64,000 nt of DNA from Eledone cirrhosa. Its lineage: Eukaryota. A model generated the notes under the pieces. It saw only the letters and a program-made list of their open reading frames with translations. It made no database searches and was not told where the DNA came from. The stretch lies in the NCBI GenBank assembly GCA_964016885.1, contig OZ024740.1, positions 24,676,001-24,740,000 on the forward strand, in the 5' to 3' direction. Shown in pieces: positions 25,901 to 40,900 of the stretch (within the stretch, counting starts at the first letter, position 1; every line of letters begins with the position of its first letter). A program made the position numbers and the translations under genes.

Positions 25901-28900
25901 GTATATGGAAGACCGTCCCTTTCAATGACATCTCATGTCGAATGGTTGGTCTTCCATACAACTGACACTGTATATAGAAGACCGTCCCTTTCAATGGCAT
26001 ATCATGTCGAACGATTGGTCTTCCATACAACTGACACTGTATATGGAAGACCGTCCCTTTCAATGGCATCTCATGTCGAACGGTTGGTCTTCCATACAAC
26101 TGACACTGTATATGGAAGACCGTCCCATTCAATGGCATCACATGTCGAAAGGTTGGTCTGCCATACAACTGAAACTGTATATGGATGACTGTCCCATTCA
26201 ATGGGATCTCATGTCGAACGGTTGGTCTTCCATACAACTGACACTGTATATGGAAGACTGTCCCTTTCAATGGCATCTCATGTCGAATAGTTTGTCTTCC
26301 ATACAACTGACACTTTATATGGATGACCGTCCTTTTCAATGGCATCGCATTGCGAACGGTTGGTCTTCCATACAACTGACACTCTGTATGGAAGACCGTC
26401 CATTTCAATGGCATCTCATGTCGAGGGTTGGACTTCCATACAACTGACACTGTATATGGATGACTATCCCATTCAATGGCATCTCATGCCGAACGGTTGG
26501 TCTTCCATACATTTGACACTGTATATGGAAGACCGTCCCTTTCAATGGCATCTCATGTCGAACAGTTTGTCTTCCATACAACTGACACTGTATATGGAAG
26601 ACCGTCCCTTTCAATGGCATCTCATGTCGAACGGTTGGTCTTCCATACAACTGAAACTGTATATGGAAGATCGTCCCTTTCAATGGCATCTCATGTCGAA
26701 TTGTTTGTCTTCCGTACAACTGACACTTTATATGGAAGACCATCCCTTTCAATCGCATCTCATGTCGAACGGTTGGTCTTCCATACAACTGACACTGTAT
26801 ATGGAAGACCGTCCCTCTCAATGGCATCTCATTGCGAACACTTTGTCTTCCATACAACTGATAATTGTATATGGAAGACCGGCCCTTTCAATTGCATCTC
26901 ACGTCGAACGTTTGGTCTTCCATACAACTGACACTGTATAGGGAAGACCGTCCCTTTCAATGGCATATCATGTCGAACGGTTGGTCTTCCATACAATTGA
27001 CACTGTATATGAAAGACCGTCCCTTTCAATGGCATCTCATGTCGAAAGTTTGGTCTTCCATACAACTGACACTGTATATGGAAGACCTTCCCTTTTCAAT
27101 GGCATCTCATGTCGAACGTTTGGTCTTTCATGCAACTGACACTGTATATGGAATACCATCCCTTTCAATGGCATCTCATGTCGAACGGTTGGTCTTCCAT
27201 ACAACTGACACTGTATATGGAAGACTGTCCCTTTCAATGGCATCTCATGTCGAATAGTTTGTCTTCCATACAACTGACACTTTATATGGAAGACCATCCT
27301 TTCAATCGCATCTCATGTCAAACGGTTGGTATTCCATACAACTGACACCGTATATGGTAGACCGTCCCATTCAATGGCATCTCATGTCGAACGATTGGTC
27401 TTCCATACAACTGACACTGTATATGGATGACCGTCCCTTTCAATGTGGTCGCATTGCGAACGGTTGGACTTCCATATAACTGACACTCTATATGGAAGAC
27501 CGTCCCTTTCAATGGCATCTCATGTCGCGGGTTGGACTTCCATACAACTGACACTCTATATGGAAGACCGTCCCATTCAATGGCATCTCATGTCGAACGG
27601 TTGGTCTTCCATACAATTGACACTGTATATGGAAGACCGTCCCTTTCAATGGCATCGCATGTCGAACGGTTGGTCTTCCATACAAGTGACACTGTATATG
27701 GAAGACCGTCCCTTTCAATGGCATCTCATGTCGAACTGTTGGTATTCCATACAACTGACACTGTATATGGTAGACCGTCCAATTCAATGGCATCTCATGT
27801 CGAACGATTGGTCTTCCATACAACTGACAATGTATATGGATGACCGTCCCTTTCAATGGGATCGCATTGCGAACGGTTGGTCTTCCATACAACTGACACT
27901 CTACATTTAAGACCGTCCCTTTCAATGGCATCTCATGGCGAACGGTTGGACTTCCATAAAACTTACACTGTATATGGAAGACCGTCCCTTTCAATGGCAT
28001 CACATGTCGAACAGTTGGTCTTCCATACAACTGACACTGTATATGGATGACTATCCCATTCAATGGCATCTCATGCCGAACGGTTGGTCTTCCATACAAC
28101 TGACACTGTATATGGAAGACCGTGCCATTCAATGGCATCTCATGTCGAACAGTTTGTCGTCCATACAACTGACATTTTATATGGAAGACCGTCCCTTTCA
28201 ATGGCATCTCATGCCGAACGGTTGGTCTGCCATTCAATAGACACTCTATATGGAAGACCGTCGCTTTCAATGGCATCTCATTTCGAACGGTTGGTCTTCC
28301 ATACAACTGACACTCTATATGGAAGACTGTCCCATTCAATGGCATCTCATGTCGAACAGTTTGTCGTCCATACAACTGACACTTTATATGGAAGACCGTC
28401 CCATTCAATGGCATCTCATGTCGAACGGTTGGTCTGCCATTCAATAGACACTCTATATGGAAGACCGTCGCTTTCAATGGCATCTAATTTCGAACGGATG
28501 GTCTTCCATACAACTGAGGCTGTATATGGAAGACCGTCCCTTTCAATGGCATATCATGTCAAACACTTTGTCTTCCATACAACTGACACTTTATATGGAA
28601 GACCGTCCATTTCAATGGCATCTTATGGCGAACGGTTGGTCATCAATACGACTGATATTGTATATGGAAGACCGTCTCTTTTAATGGTATCTTATGTCGA
28701 ACGGTTGGTCTTCCATACAACTGACACTGCAGATGGATGACCGTCCCTTTCAATGGCATCTCATGGCGAACGGTTGGTCATCAATACGACTGATATTGTA
28801 TATGGAAGACCGTCTCTTTTAATGGTATCTTATGTCGAACGGTTGGTCTTCCATACAACTGACACTGTATATAGAAGACCGTCCACTTCAATGGCATCTC

Positions 28901-31900
28901 ATGTCGAACGGTTGGACTTCCATACAACTGACACTGTATATGGAAGACCGTCCCTTTCAATGGCATCACATGTCGAACGGTTGGTCTGCCATACAACTGA
29001 CACTGTATATGGATGACTATCCCATTCAATGGCATCTCATGCCGAACGGGTGGTCTTCCATAGAAATGACACTGTATATGGAAGACCGTCCGTTTCAACG
29101 AAATCTCATTTCGAACACTTTGTCTTCCAGATAACTGACACTGTATATGGAAGACCGTCCCTTTCAATGGCATCTCATGTCGAACAGTTTGACTTCCATA
29201 CAACTGACATTGTATATGGAAGACCGTCCCATTCAATGGCATCTCATGTCGAACGGTTGGTCTTCCATAGAAGTGACACTGTATATGGAAGACCGTCCCT
29301 TTCAATGGCATCTCATGTCGAACAGTTGGTATTCCGTACAACTGACACTGTATATGGAAGACAGTCCCTTTCAATAGCATCTCATGTCGAACGATTGGTC
29401 TTCCATTCAACTGACACTGTATATGGAAGACCGTCCCTTTCAATGGCATATCATGTCGAACGCTTGGTCTTCCATACAACTGACACTGTATATGGAAGAC
29501 CGTCCCTTTCAATGGCATATCATGTCGAACGGTTGGTCTTCCGTACAACTGACACTGTATATGGAAGACCGTCCCTTTCAATGTCATCTCATGTCGAACG
29601 GTTGGTCTTCCATACAACTGACACTGTATATGGAAGACCGTCTCTTTCAATGGCATCTCATGTCGAACGTTTGGACTTCCATACAACTGACACTGTATAT
29701 GGAAGACCGTCCCTTTCAATGGCATCTCATGTCGAACAGTTTGTCTTTCATACAACTGACACCGTATGTAGAAGACCGTCCCTTTCAATGGCATCTCATG
29801 TTGAACGGTTGCTCTTCCATACAACTGACACTGTAAATGGAAGACCGTCCCTTTCAATGGCATCTCATGTCGAACGCTTGGTCTTCCATTCAACTGACAC
29901 TGTATATGGAAGACCGTCCCTTTCAATGGCATCTCATGTCGAACGCTTGGTCTTCCATTCAACTGACACTGTATATGGAAGACCGTCCCTTTCAATGGCA
30001 TATCATGTCGAAAGATTGGTCTTCCATACAACTGACACTGTAGATGGAAGACCGTCCCTTTCAATGGCATATCATGTCCAACGGTTGGTCTTCCATACAA
30101 TTGACACTGTATATGAAAGACCGTCCCTTTCAATGGCATCTCCTGTTGAACAGTTGGTCTTCCATACAATTGACACTGTATATGGAAGACCGTCCCTTTC
30201 AATGGCATCTCATGTCGAACGGTTGGTCTTCCATACAAGTGACACTGTATATGGAAGACCGTCCCATTCAATGGCATCACATGTCGAAAGGTTGGTCTGC
30301 CATACAACTGAAACTGTATATGGATGACTGTCCCATTCAAAGCATCTCATGTCGAACGGTTAGTCTTCCATACAACTGACACTGTATATGGAAGACCGTC
30401 CCTTTCAATGGCATCCCATGTCGAACGGTTGGTCTTCCATACAACTGACACTTTATATGGAAGACCATCCCTTTCAATCGCATCTCATGTCGAACTGTTG
30501 GTATTCCATACAACTGACACTGTATATGGAAGACCGTCGCTTTCAATGGCATCTCATTTCGAACGGTTGGTCTTCCATACAACTGACACTCTACATTTAA
30601 GACCGTCCCTTTCAATGGCATCTCATGGCGAACGGTTGGACTTCCATACAACTTACACTGTATATGGAAGACCGTCCCTTTCAATGGCATCACATGTCGA
30701 ACAGTTGGTCTTCCATACAACTGACACTGTATATGGATGACTATCCCATTCAATGGCATCTCATGCCGAACGGTTGGTCTGCCATTCAATAGACACTCTA
30801 TATGGAAGACCGTCGCTTTCAATGGCATCTCATTTCGAACGGTTGGTCTTCCATACAACTGACGCTCTATATGGAAGACCGTCCCTTTCAATGGCATATC
30901 ATGTCAAACATTTTGTCTTCCATACAACTGACACTTTATATGGAAGACCGTCCCTTTCAATGTCATCTCATGTCGAACGGTTGGTCTTCCATACACCTGA
31001 CGCTCTATATGGAAGACCGTCCCTTTCAATGGCATATCATGTCAAACATTTTGTCTTCCATACAACTGGCACTGTATATGGAAGACCGTCCCATTCAATG
31101 GCATCTCATGTCGAACGGTTGGTCTTCGATACAACTGACACTGGAGATGGATGACCATCCCTTTCAATGGCATCTCATGGCGAACGGTTGGTCTTCAATA
31201 CAAATGATATTGTATATGGAAGACCGTCCCTTTTAATGGCATCTTATGTCGAACGGTTGGTCTTCCATACAACTGACACTGTATATGGAAGACCGTCCAC
31301 TTCAATGGCATCTCATGTCCAACGGTTGGACTTCCATACAACTGACACTGTATATGGAAGACCGTCCCTTTCAATGGCATCACATGTCGAACGGTTGGTC
31401 TGCCATACAACTGACACTGTATATGGATGACTATCCCGTTCAATGGCATCTCATGCCGAAAGGTTGGTCTTCCATACAAATGACACTGTATATGGAAGAC
31501 CGTCCATTTCAACGAAATCTCATTTCGAACACTTTGTCTTCCATACAACTGACACTGTATATGGAAGACCGTCCCATTCAATGGCATGTCATGTCGAAAG
31601 GTTGGTCTTCCATAGAAGTGACACTGTATATGGAAGACCGTCCCTTTCAATGGCATCTCATGTCGAACGGTTGGTATTCCATACAACTGACATTGTATAT
31701 GGATGACCATCCCTTTCAATCGCATCTCATGTCGAACGGTTTGTATTCCATACAACTGACACTCTACATGGAAGACCGCCCCTTTCAATGGCATCTCATG
31801 TCGAGGGTTGGACTTCCATACAAATGACACTGTATATGGAAGACCGTCCCTTTCAATGGCATCTCATGGAGAACGGTTGGTATTCCATACAACTGACACT

Positions 31901-34900
31901 GTATATGGAAGACCGTCCCTTGCAATGGAATATCATGTCGAACGATTGGTCTTCCATACAACTGACACTGTATATGGAAGACCGTCCCTTTCAATGGCAT
32001 ATCATGTCGAACGGTTGGTCTTCCGTACAACTGTCACTGTATATGGAAGACCGTCCCTTTCAATGGCATCTCATTTCGAACGGTTGGTCTTCCATACATC
32101 TGACACTGTATATTGAAGACCGTCTCTTTCAATGGCATCTCATGTCGAACGTTTGGTCTTTCATACAACTGACACTGTATATGGAAGACCGTCCCTTTCA
32201 ATGGCATCTCATGTCGAACAGTTTGTCTTTCATACAACTGACACCGTATGTAGAAGACCGTCCCTTTCAATGGCATCTCATGTTGAACGGTTGGTCTTCC
32301 ATACAACTGACACTGTATATGAAAGACCGTCCCTTTCAATGGCATCTCATGTCGAACAGTTGGTCTTCCATACAACTGACACTGTATATGGATGACTATC
32401 CCATTCAATGGCATCTCATGCCGAACGGTTGGTCTTCCATACAACTGACACTGTATATGGAAGACCGTCCATTTCAATGACATATTATATCGAACACTTT
32501 GTCTTTCATACAACTGACACTTTATATGGAAGACCGTCGCTTTCAATAGCATATCATGTCCAACGGTTGATCTTCCATACAATTGACACTGTATATGAAA
32601 GACCGTCCTTTCAATGGCATCTCATGTCGAAAGTTTGGTCTTCCATACAACTGACACTGTATATGGAAGACCGTCCCTTTCAACGGCATCTCATGGCGAA
32701 CAGTTGGTCTTCCATACAACTGACATTGTATATGGAAGACCGTCCCTTTCAATGGCATCTTATGTCGAACGGCTGGTCTTCCATACAACTGACACTGTAT
32801 ATGGATGAACATCCCATTCAATGGTATCTCCTGTCGAGCGGTTGGTCTTCCATACAATTGACACTCTATTTGGAAGACCGTCCCTTTCAATGGCATCTCA
32901 TGTCGAAAGGTTGGTCTTCCATACAACTGACACCGTATATGGAATACCGTGCACTTCGATGGCATCTCATGTCGAACAGTTTGTCTTCCATACAACTGAC
33001 ATTGTATATGGAAGACCGTACCTTTCAATGGCATCTCATGTCGAACGGTTAGTATTCCATACAACTGACACTGTATATGGAAGACCGTCCCATTCAATGG
33101 CATCTCACGTCGAACAGTTTGTCGTCCATACAACTGATACTTTATATGGAAGACCGTCCCTTTCAATAGCATCTCATGTCAAACGGTTGGTCTTCCATAG
33201 ATCTGACACTGTATATGGAAGACCGTCCCATTCAATGGCATCTCATGTCGAACGGTTGGTATTCCATACAACTGACACTGTATATGGAAGACCGTCCCTT
33301 TCATGGCATCTCATGTCGAACGGTTGGCCTTCCATTCAACTGACTCTGTATGTGGAAGACCGCCCCATTCAATGGCATCTCATGTCGAACGGTTGGTCTT
33401 CGATACAACTGACGCTGTATATGGAAGTCCGTCCCTTTCAATGGCATATCATGTCCAACACTTTGTCTTCCATACAACTGATAATTTATATGGAAGACCG
33501 TCCCTTTCAATAGCATCTCATGTCGAACGGTTGGTCTTCCATAGAACTGACACTGTATATGGAAGATCGACCCTTTCAATGGCATCACATGTCGGACGGT
33601 TGGTGTGCCATACAACTGATACTGTATATGGATGACAATCCCATTCAATGGCATCTCATGCCGAACGGTTGGTCTTCTATACAACTGACACTGTATATGG
33701 AAGACCATCCCATTCAATGGCATCTCATGTCGAACGGTTGGTCTTCCATACAACTGACACTGTATATGGAAGACCGTCCCTTTCAATGGCATCTCATGGC
33801 GAACAGTTGATCTTCCATACAACTGACATTATATATGGAAGACCGTCCCTTTCAATGGCATCTTATGTCGAACGGTTGGTCTTCCATACAACTGACACTG
33901 TATATGGAAGACCGTCCCATTCAATGGTATCTCATGTCGAACAGTTTGTCGTCCATACAACTGACACTTTATATGGAAGACCGTCCTTTCAATGGCATCT
34001 CATGTCGAACGGTTGTTCTTCCATACAACTGACACTGTAGATGGATGACCGTCCCTTTCAATGGCATCTCATGGCGAACGTTTGGTCTTCAATACAACTG
34101 ATATTGTATATGGAAGACCGTCCTTTCAATGGCATATTATGTCGAACGGTTGGTCTTCCATACAACTGACACTGTATATGGAAGACTGTCCACTTCAATG
34201 GCATCTCATGTCGAACGGTTGTTCTCCCATACAATTGACACTGTATATGGATGACTATCCCATTCAATGGCATCTCATGCCGAACGGTTGGTCTTCCATA
34301 CAACTGACACTGTATATGGAAGACCGTCCATTTCAATGGCATCTCATCTCGAACGGTTGGTCTTCCGTACAAATGACACTGTATATGGAAGACCGTCCCT
34401 TTCAATGGCATCTCATGTCGAACGGTTGGTCTTCCATACAACTGACACTGTATATGGAAGATCGACCCTTTCAATGGCATCACATGTCGAACGGTTGGTC
34501 TGCCATACAACTGACACTGTATATGGATGACAATCCCATTCAATGGCATCTCATGCCAAACGGTTGGTCTTCCATACAACTGACACTGTATATGGAAGAC
34601 CCTCAATTTCAATGACATCTCATGTCGAACACTTTCTCTTCCATACAACTGACATTTTATATGGAAGCACGTCCCTTTCAATGGCATCTCATGTCGAACG
34701 GTTGGTCTTCCATACAACTGACACTGTATATGAAAGACCGTCCTTTCAATGGCATCTCATGTCGAAAGTTTGGTCTTCCATACAACTGACACTGTATATG
34801 GAAGTCCGTCCCTTTCAATGGCATCTCATGGCGAACAGTTGGTCTTCCATACAACTGACATTGTATATGGAAGACCGTCCCTTTCAATGGCATCTTATGT

Positions 34901-37900
34901 CGAACGGTTGGTCTTCCATACAACTGACACTGTATATGGATGAACATCCCATTCAATGGTATCTCCTGTCGAGCGGTTGGTCTTCCATACAATTGACACT
35001 CTATTTGGAAGACCGTCCCTTTCAATGGCATCTCATGTCGAACGGTTGGTCTTCCATACAACTGAGACTGTATATGGAAGACCGTCCCTTTCAATGGCAT
35101 CTCATGTCGAAAGGTTGGTCTTCCATACAACTGACACTGTATATGGAAGACCGTCCACTTTCATGGCATCTCATGTCGAACAGTTTGTCTTCCATACAAC
35201 TGACATTGTATATGGAAGACCGTCCCTTTCAATGGCATCTCATGTCGAACGGTTAGTATTCCATACAACTGACACTGTATATGGAAGACCGTCCCATTCA
35301 ATGGCATCTCATGTCGAACAGTTTGTCTTCCATACAACTGAAACTTTATATGGAAGACCGTCCCTTTCAATAGCATCTCATGTCGAACGGTTGGTCTTCC
35401 ATAGATCTGACACTGTATATGGAAGACCGTCCCATTCAATGGTATCTCATGTCGAACAGTTTGTCGTCCATACAACTGACACTTTATATGGAAGACCGTC
35501 CTTTCAATGGCATCTCATGTCGAACGGTTGTTCTTCCATACAACTGACACTGTAGATGGATGACCGTCCCTTTCAATGGCATCTCATGGCGAACGTTTGG
35601 TCTTCAATACAACTGATATTGTATATGGAAGACCGTCCCTTTCAATGGCATATTATGTCGAACGGTTGGTCTTCCATACAACTGACACTGTATATGGAAG
35701 ACTGTCCACTTCAATGGCATCTCATGTCGAACGGTTGTTCTCCCATACAATTGACACTGTATATGGATGACTATCCCATTCAATGGCATCTCATGTCGAA
35801 CGGTTGGTCTTCCATACAACTGACACTGTATATGGAAGACCGTCCACTTCGATGGCATCTCATGTCGAACAGTTTGTCTTCCATACAACTGACATTGTAT
35901 ATGGAAGACCGTCCCTTTCAATGGCATCTCATATCGAACGGTTAGTATTCCATACAACTGACACTGTATATGGAAGACCGTCCCATTCAATGGTATCTCA
36001 TGTCGAACAGTTTGTCGTCCATACAACTGACACTTTATATGGAAGACCGTCCTTTCAATGGCATCTCATGTCGAACGGTTGTTCTTCCATACAACTGACA
36101 CTGTAGATGGATGACCGTCCCTTTCAATGGCATCTCATGGCGAACGTTTGGTCTTCAATACAACTGATATTGTATATGGAAGACCGTCCTTTCAATGGCA
36201 TATTATGTCGAACGGTTGGTCTTCCATACAACTGACACTGTATATGGAAGACTGTCCACTTCAATGGCATCTCATGTCGAACGGTTGTTCTCCCATACAA
36301 TTGACACTGTATATGGATGACTATCCCATTCAATGGCATCTCATGCCGAACGGTTGGTCTTCCATACAACTGACACTGTATATGGAAGACCGTCCATTTC
36401 AATGGCATCTCATGTCGAACGGTTGGTCTTCCGTACAAATGACACTGTATATGGAAGACCGTCCCTTTCAATGGCATCTCATGTCGAACGGTTGGTCTTC
36501 CATACAACTGACACTGTATATGGAAGATCGACCCTTTCAATGGCATCACATGTCGAACGGTTGGTCTGCCATACAACTGACACTGTATATGGATGACAAT
36601 CCCATTCAATGGCATCTCATGCCAAACGGTTGGTCTTCCATACAACTGACACTGTATATGGAAGACCTTCCCTTTCAATGGCACCTCATGTCGAACGGTT
36701 GGTCTTCCATACAACTGACACTGTATATGGAAGACCCTCAATTTCAATGACATCTCATGTCGAACACTTTCTCTTCCATACAACTGACATTTTATATGGA
36801 AGCACGTCCCTTTCAATGGCATCTCATGTCGAACGGTTGGTCTTCCATACAACTGACACTGTATATGAAAGACCGTCCTTTCAATGGCATCTCATGTCGA
36901 AAGTTTGGTCTTCCATACAACTGACACTGTATATGGAAGTCCGTCCCTTTCAATGGCATCTCATGGCGAACAGTTGGTCTTCCATACAACTGACATTGTA
37001 TATGGAAGACCGTCCCTTTCAATGGCATCTTATGTCGAACGGTTGGTCTTCCATACAACTGACACTGTATATGGATGAACATCCCATTCAATGGTATCTC
37101 CTGTCGAGCGGTTGGTCTTCCATACAATTGACACTCTATTTGGAAGACCGTCCCTTTCAATGGCATCTCATGTCGAACGGTTGGTCTTCCATACAACTGA
37201 GACTGTATATGGAAGACCGTCTCTTTCAATGGCATCTCATGTCGAAAGGTTGGTCTTCCATACAACTGACACTGTATATGGAAGACCGTCCACTTTGATG
37301 GCATCTCATGTCGAACAGTTTGTCTTCCATACAACTGACATTGTATATGGAAGACCGTCCCTTTCAATGGCATCTCATGTCGAACGGTTAGTATTCCATA
37401 CAACTGACACTGTATATGGAAGACCGTCCCATTCAATGGCATCTCATGTCGAACAGTTTGTCTTCCATACAACTAACACTTTATATGGAAGACCGTCCCT
37501 TTCAATAGCATCTCATGTCGAACGGTTGGTCTTCCATAGATCTGACACTGTATATGGAAGACCGTCCCATTCAATGGTATCTCATGTCGAACAGTTTGTC
37601 GTCCATACAACTGACACTTTATATGGAAGACCGTCCTTTCAATGGCATCTCATGTCTAACGGTTGTTCTTCCATACAACTGACACTGTAGATGGATGACC
37701 GTCCCTTTCAATGGCATCTCATGGCGAACGTTTGGTCTTCAATACAACTGATATTGTATATGGAAGACCGTCCCTTTCAATGGCATATTATGTCGAACGG
37801 TTGGACTTCCATACAACTGACACTGTATATGGAAGACTGTCCACTTCAATGGCATCTCATGTCGAACGGTTGTTCTCCCATACAATTGACACTGTATATG

Positions 37901-40900
37901 GATGACTATCCCATTCAATGGCATCTCATGTCGAACGGTTGGTCTTCCATACAACTGACACTGTATATGGAAGACCGTCCACTTCGATGGCATCTCATGT
38001 CGAACAGTTTGTCTTCCATACAACTGACATTGTATATGGAAGACCGTCCCTTTCAATGGCATCTCATATCGAACGGTTAGTATTCCATACAACTGACACT
38101 GTATATGGAAGACCGTCCCATTCAATGGTATCTCATGTCGAACAGTTTGTCGTCCATACAACTGACACTTTATATGGAAGACCGTCCTTTCAATGGCATC
38201 TCATGTCGAACGGTTGTTCTTCCATACAACTGACACTGTAGATGGATGACCGTCCCTTTCAATGGCATCTCATGGCGAACGTTTGGTCTTCAATACAACT
38301 GATATTGTATATGGAAGACCGTCCTTTCAATGGCATATTATGTCGAACGGTTGGTCTTCCATACAACTGACACTGTATATGGAAGACTGTCCACTTCAAT
38401 GGCATCTCATGTCGAACGGTTGTTCTCCCATACAATTGACACTGTATATGGATGACTATCCCATTCAATGGCATCTCATGCCGAACGGTTGGTCTTCCAT
38501 ACAACTGACACTGTATATGGAAGACCGTCCATTTCAATGGCATCTCATGTCGAACGGTTGGTCTTCCGTACAAATGACACTGTATATGGAAGACCGTCCC
38601 TTTCAATGGCATCTCATGTCGAACGGTTGGTCTTCCATACAACTGACACTGTATATGGAAGATCGACCCTTTCAATGGCATCACATGTCGAACGGTTGGT
38701 CTGCCATACAACTGACACTGTATATGGATGACAATCCCATTCAATGGCATCTCATGCCAAACGGTTGGTCTTCCATACAACTGACACTGTATATGGAAGA
38801 CCTTCCCTTTCAATGGCACCTCATGTCGAACGGTTGGTCTTCCATACAACTGACACTGTATATGGAAGACCCTCAATTTCAATGACATCTCATGTCGAAC
38901 ACTTTCTCTTCCATACAACTGACATTTTATATGGAAGCACGTCCCTTTCAATGGCATCTCATGTCGAACGGTTGGTCTTCCATACAACTGACACTGTATA
39001 TGAAAGACCGTCCTTTCAATGGCATCTCATGTCGAAAGTTTGGTCTTCCATACAACTGACACTGTATATGGAAGTCCGTCCCTTTCAATGGCATCTCATG
39101 GCGAACAGTTGGTCTTCCATACAACTGACATTGTATATGGAAGACCGTCCCTTTCAATGGCATCTTATGTCGAACGGTTGGTCTTCCATACAACTGACAC
39201 TGTATATGGATGAACATCCCATTCAATGGTATCTCCTGTCGAGCGGTTGGTCTTCCATACAATTGACACTCTATTTGGAAGACCGTCCCTTTCAATGGCA
39301 TCTCATGTCGAACGGTTGGTCTTCCATACAACTGAGACTGTATATGGAAGACCGTCTCTTTCAATGGCATCTCATGTCGAAAGGTTGGTCTTCCATACAA
39401 CTGACACTGTATATGGAAGACCGTCCACTTTGATGGCATCTCATGTCGAACAGTTTGTCTTCCATACAACTGACATTGTATATGGAAGACCGTCCCTTTC
39501 AATGGCATCTCATGTCGAACGGTTAGTATTCCATACAACTGACACTGTATATGGAAGACCGTCCCATTCAATGGCATCTCATGTCGAACAGTTTGTCTTC
39601 CATACAACTGACACTTTATATGGAAGACCGTCCCTTTCAATAGCATCTCATGTCGAACGGTTGGTCTTCCATAGATCTGACACTGTATATGGAAGACCGT
39701 CCCATTCAATGGTATCTCATGTCGAACAGTTTGTCGTCCATACAACTGACACTTTATATGGAAGACCGTCCTTTCAATGGCATCTCATGTCGAACGGTTG
39801 TTCTTCCATACAACTGACACTGTAGATGGATGACCGTCCCTTTCAATGGCATCTCATGGCGAACGTTTGGTCTTCAATACAACTGATATTGTATATGGAA
39901 GACCGTCCCTTTCAATGGCATATTATGTCGAACGGTTGGTCTTCCATACAACTGACACTGTATATGGAAGACTGTCCACTTCAATGGCATCTCATGTCGA
40001 ACGGTTGTTCTCCCATACAATTGACACTGTATATGGATGACTATCCCATTCAATGGCATCTCATGCCGAACGGTTGGTCTTCCATACAACTGACACTGTA
40101 TTTGGAAGACCGTCCATTTCAATGGCATCTCATGTCGAACGGTTGGTCTTCCGTACAAATGACACTGTATATGGAAGACCGTCCCTTTCAATGGCATCTC
40201 ATGTCGAACGGTTGGTATTCCATACAACTGACACTGTATATGGAAGATCGACCCTTTCAATGGCATCACATGTCGAACGGTTGGTCTGCCATACAACTGA
40301 CACTGTATATGGATGACAATCCCATTCAATGGCATCTCATGCCGAACGGTTGGTCTTCCATACAACTGACACTGTATATGGAAGACCTTCCCTTTCAATG
40401 GCACCTCATGTCGAACGGTTGGTCTTCCATACAACTGACACTGTATATGGAAGACCCTCAATTTCAATGACATCTCATGTCGAACACTTTCTCTTCCATA
40501 CAACTGACATTTTATATGGAAGCACTCCCTTTCAATGGCATCTCATGTCGAACGGTTGGTCTTCCATACAACTGACACTGTATATGAAAGACCGTCCTTT
40601 CAATGGCATCTCATGTCGAAAGTTTGGTCTTCCATACAACTGACACTGTATATGGAAGTCCGTCCCTTTCAATGGCATCTCATGGCGAACAGTTGGTCTT
40701 CCATACAACTGACATTGTATATGGAAGACCGTCCCTTTCAATGGCATCTTATGTCGAACGGTTGGTCTTCCATACAACTGACACTGTATATGGATGAACA
40801 TCCCATTCAATGGTATCTCCTGTCGAGCGGTTGGTCTTCCATACAATTGACACTCTATTTGGAAGACCGTCCCTTTCAATGGCATCTCATGTCGAACGGT

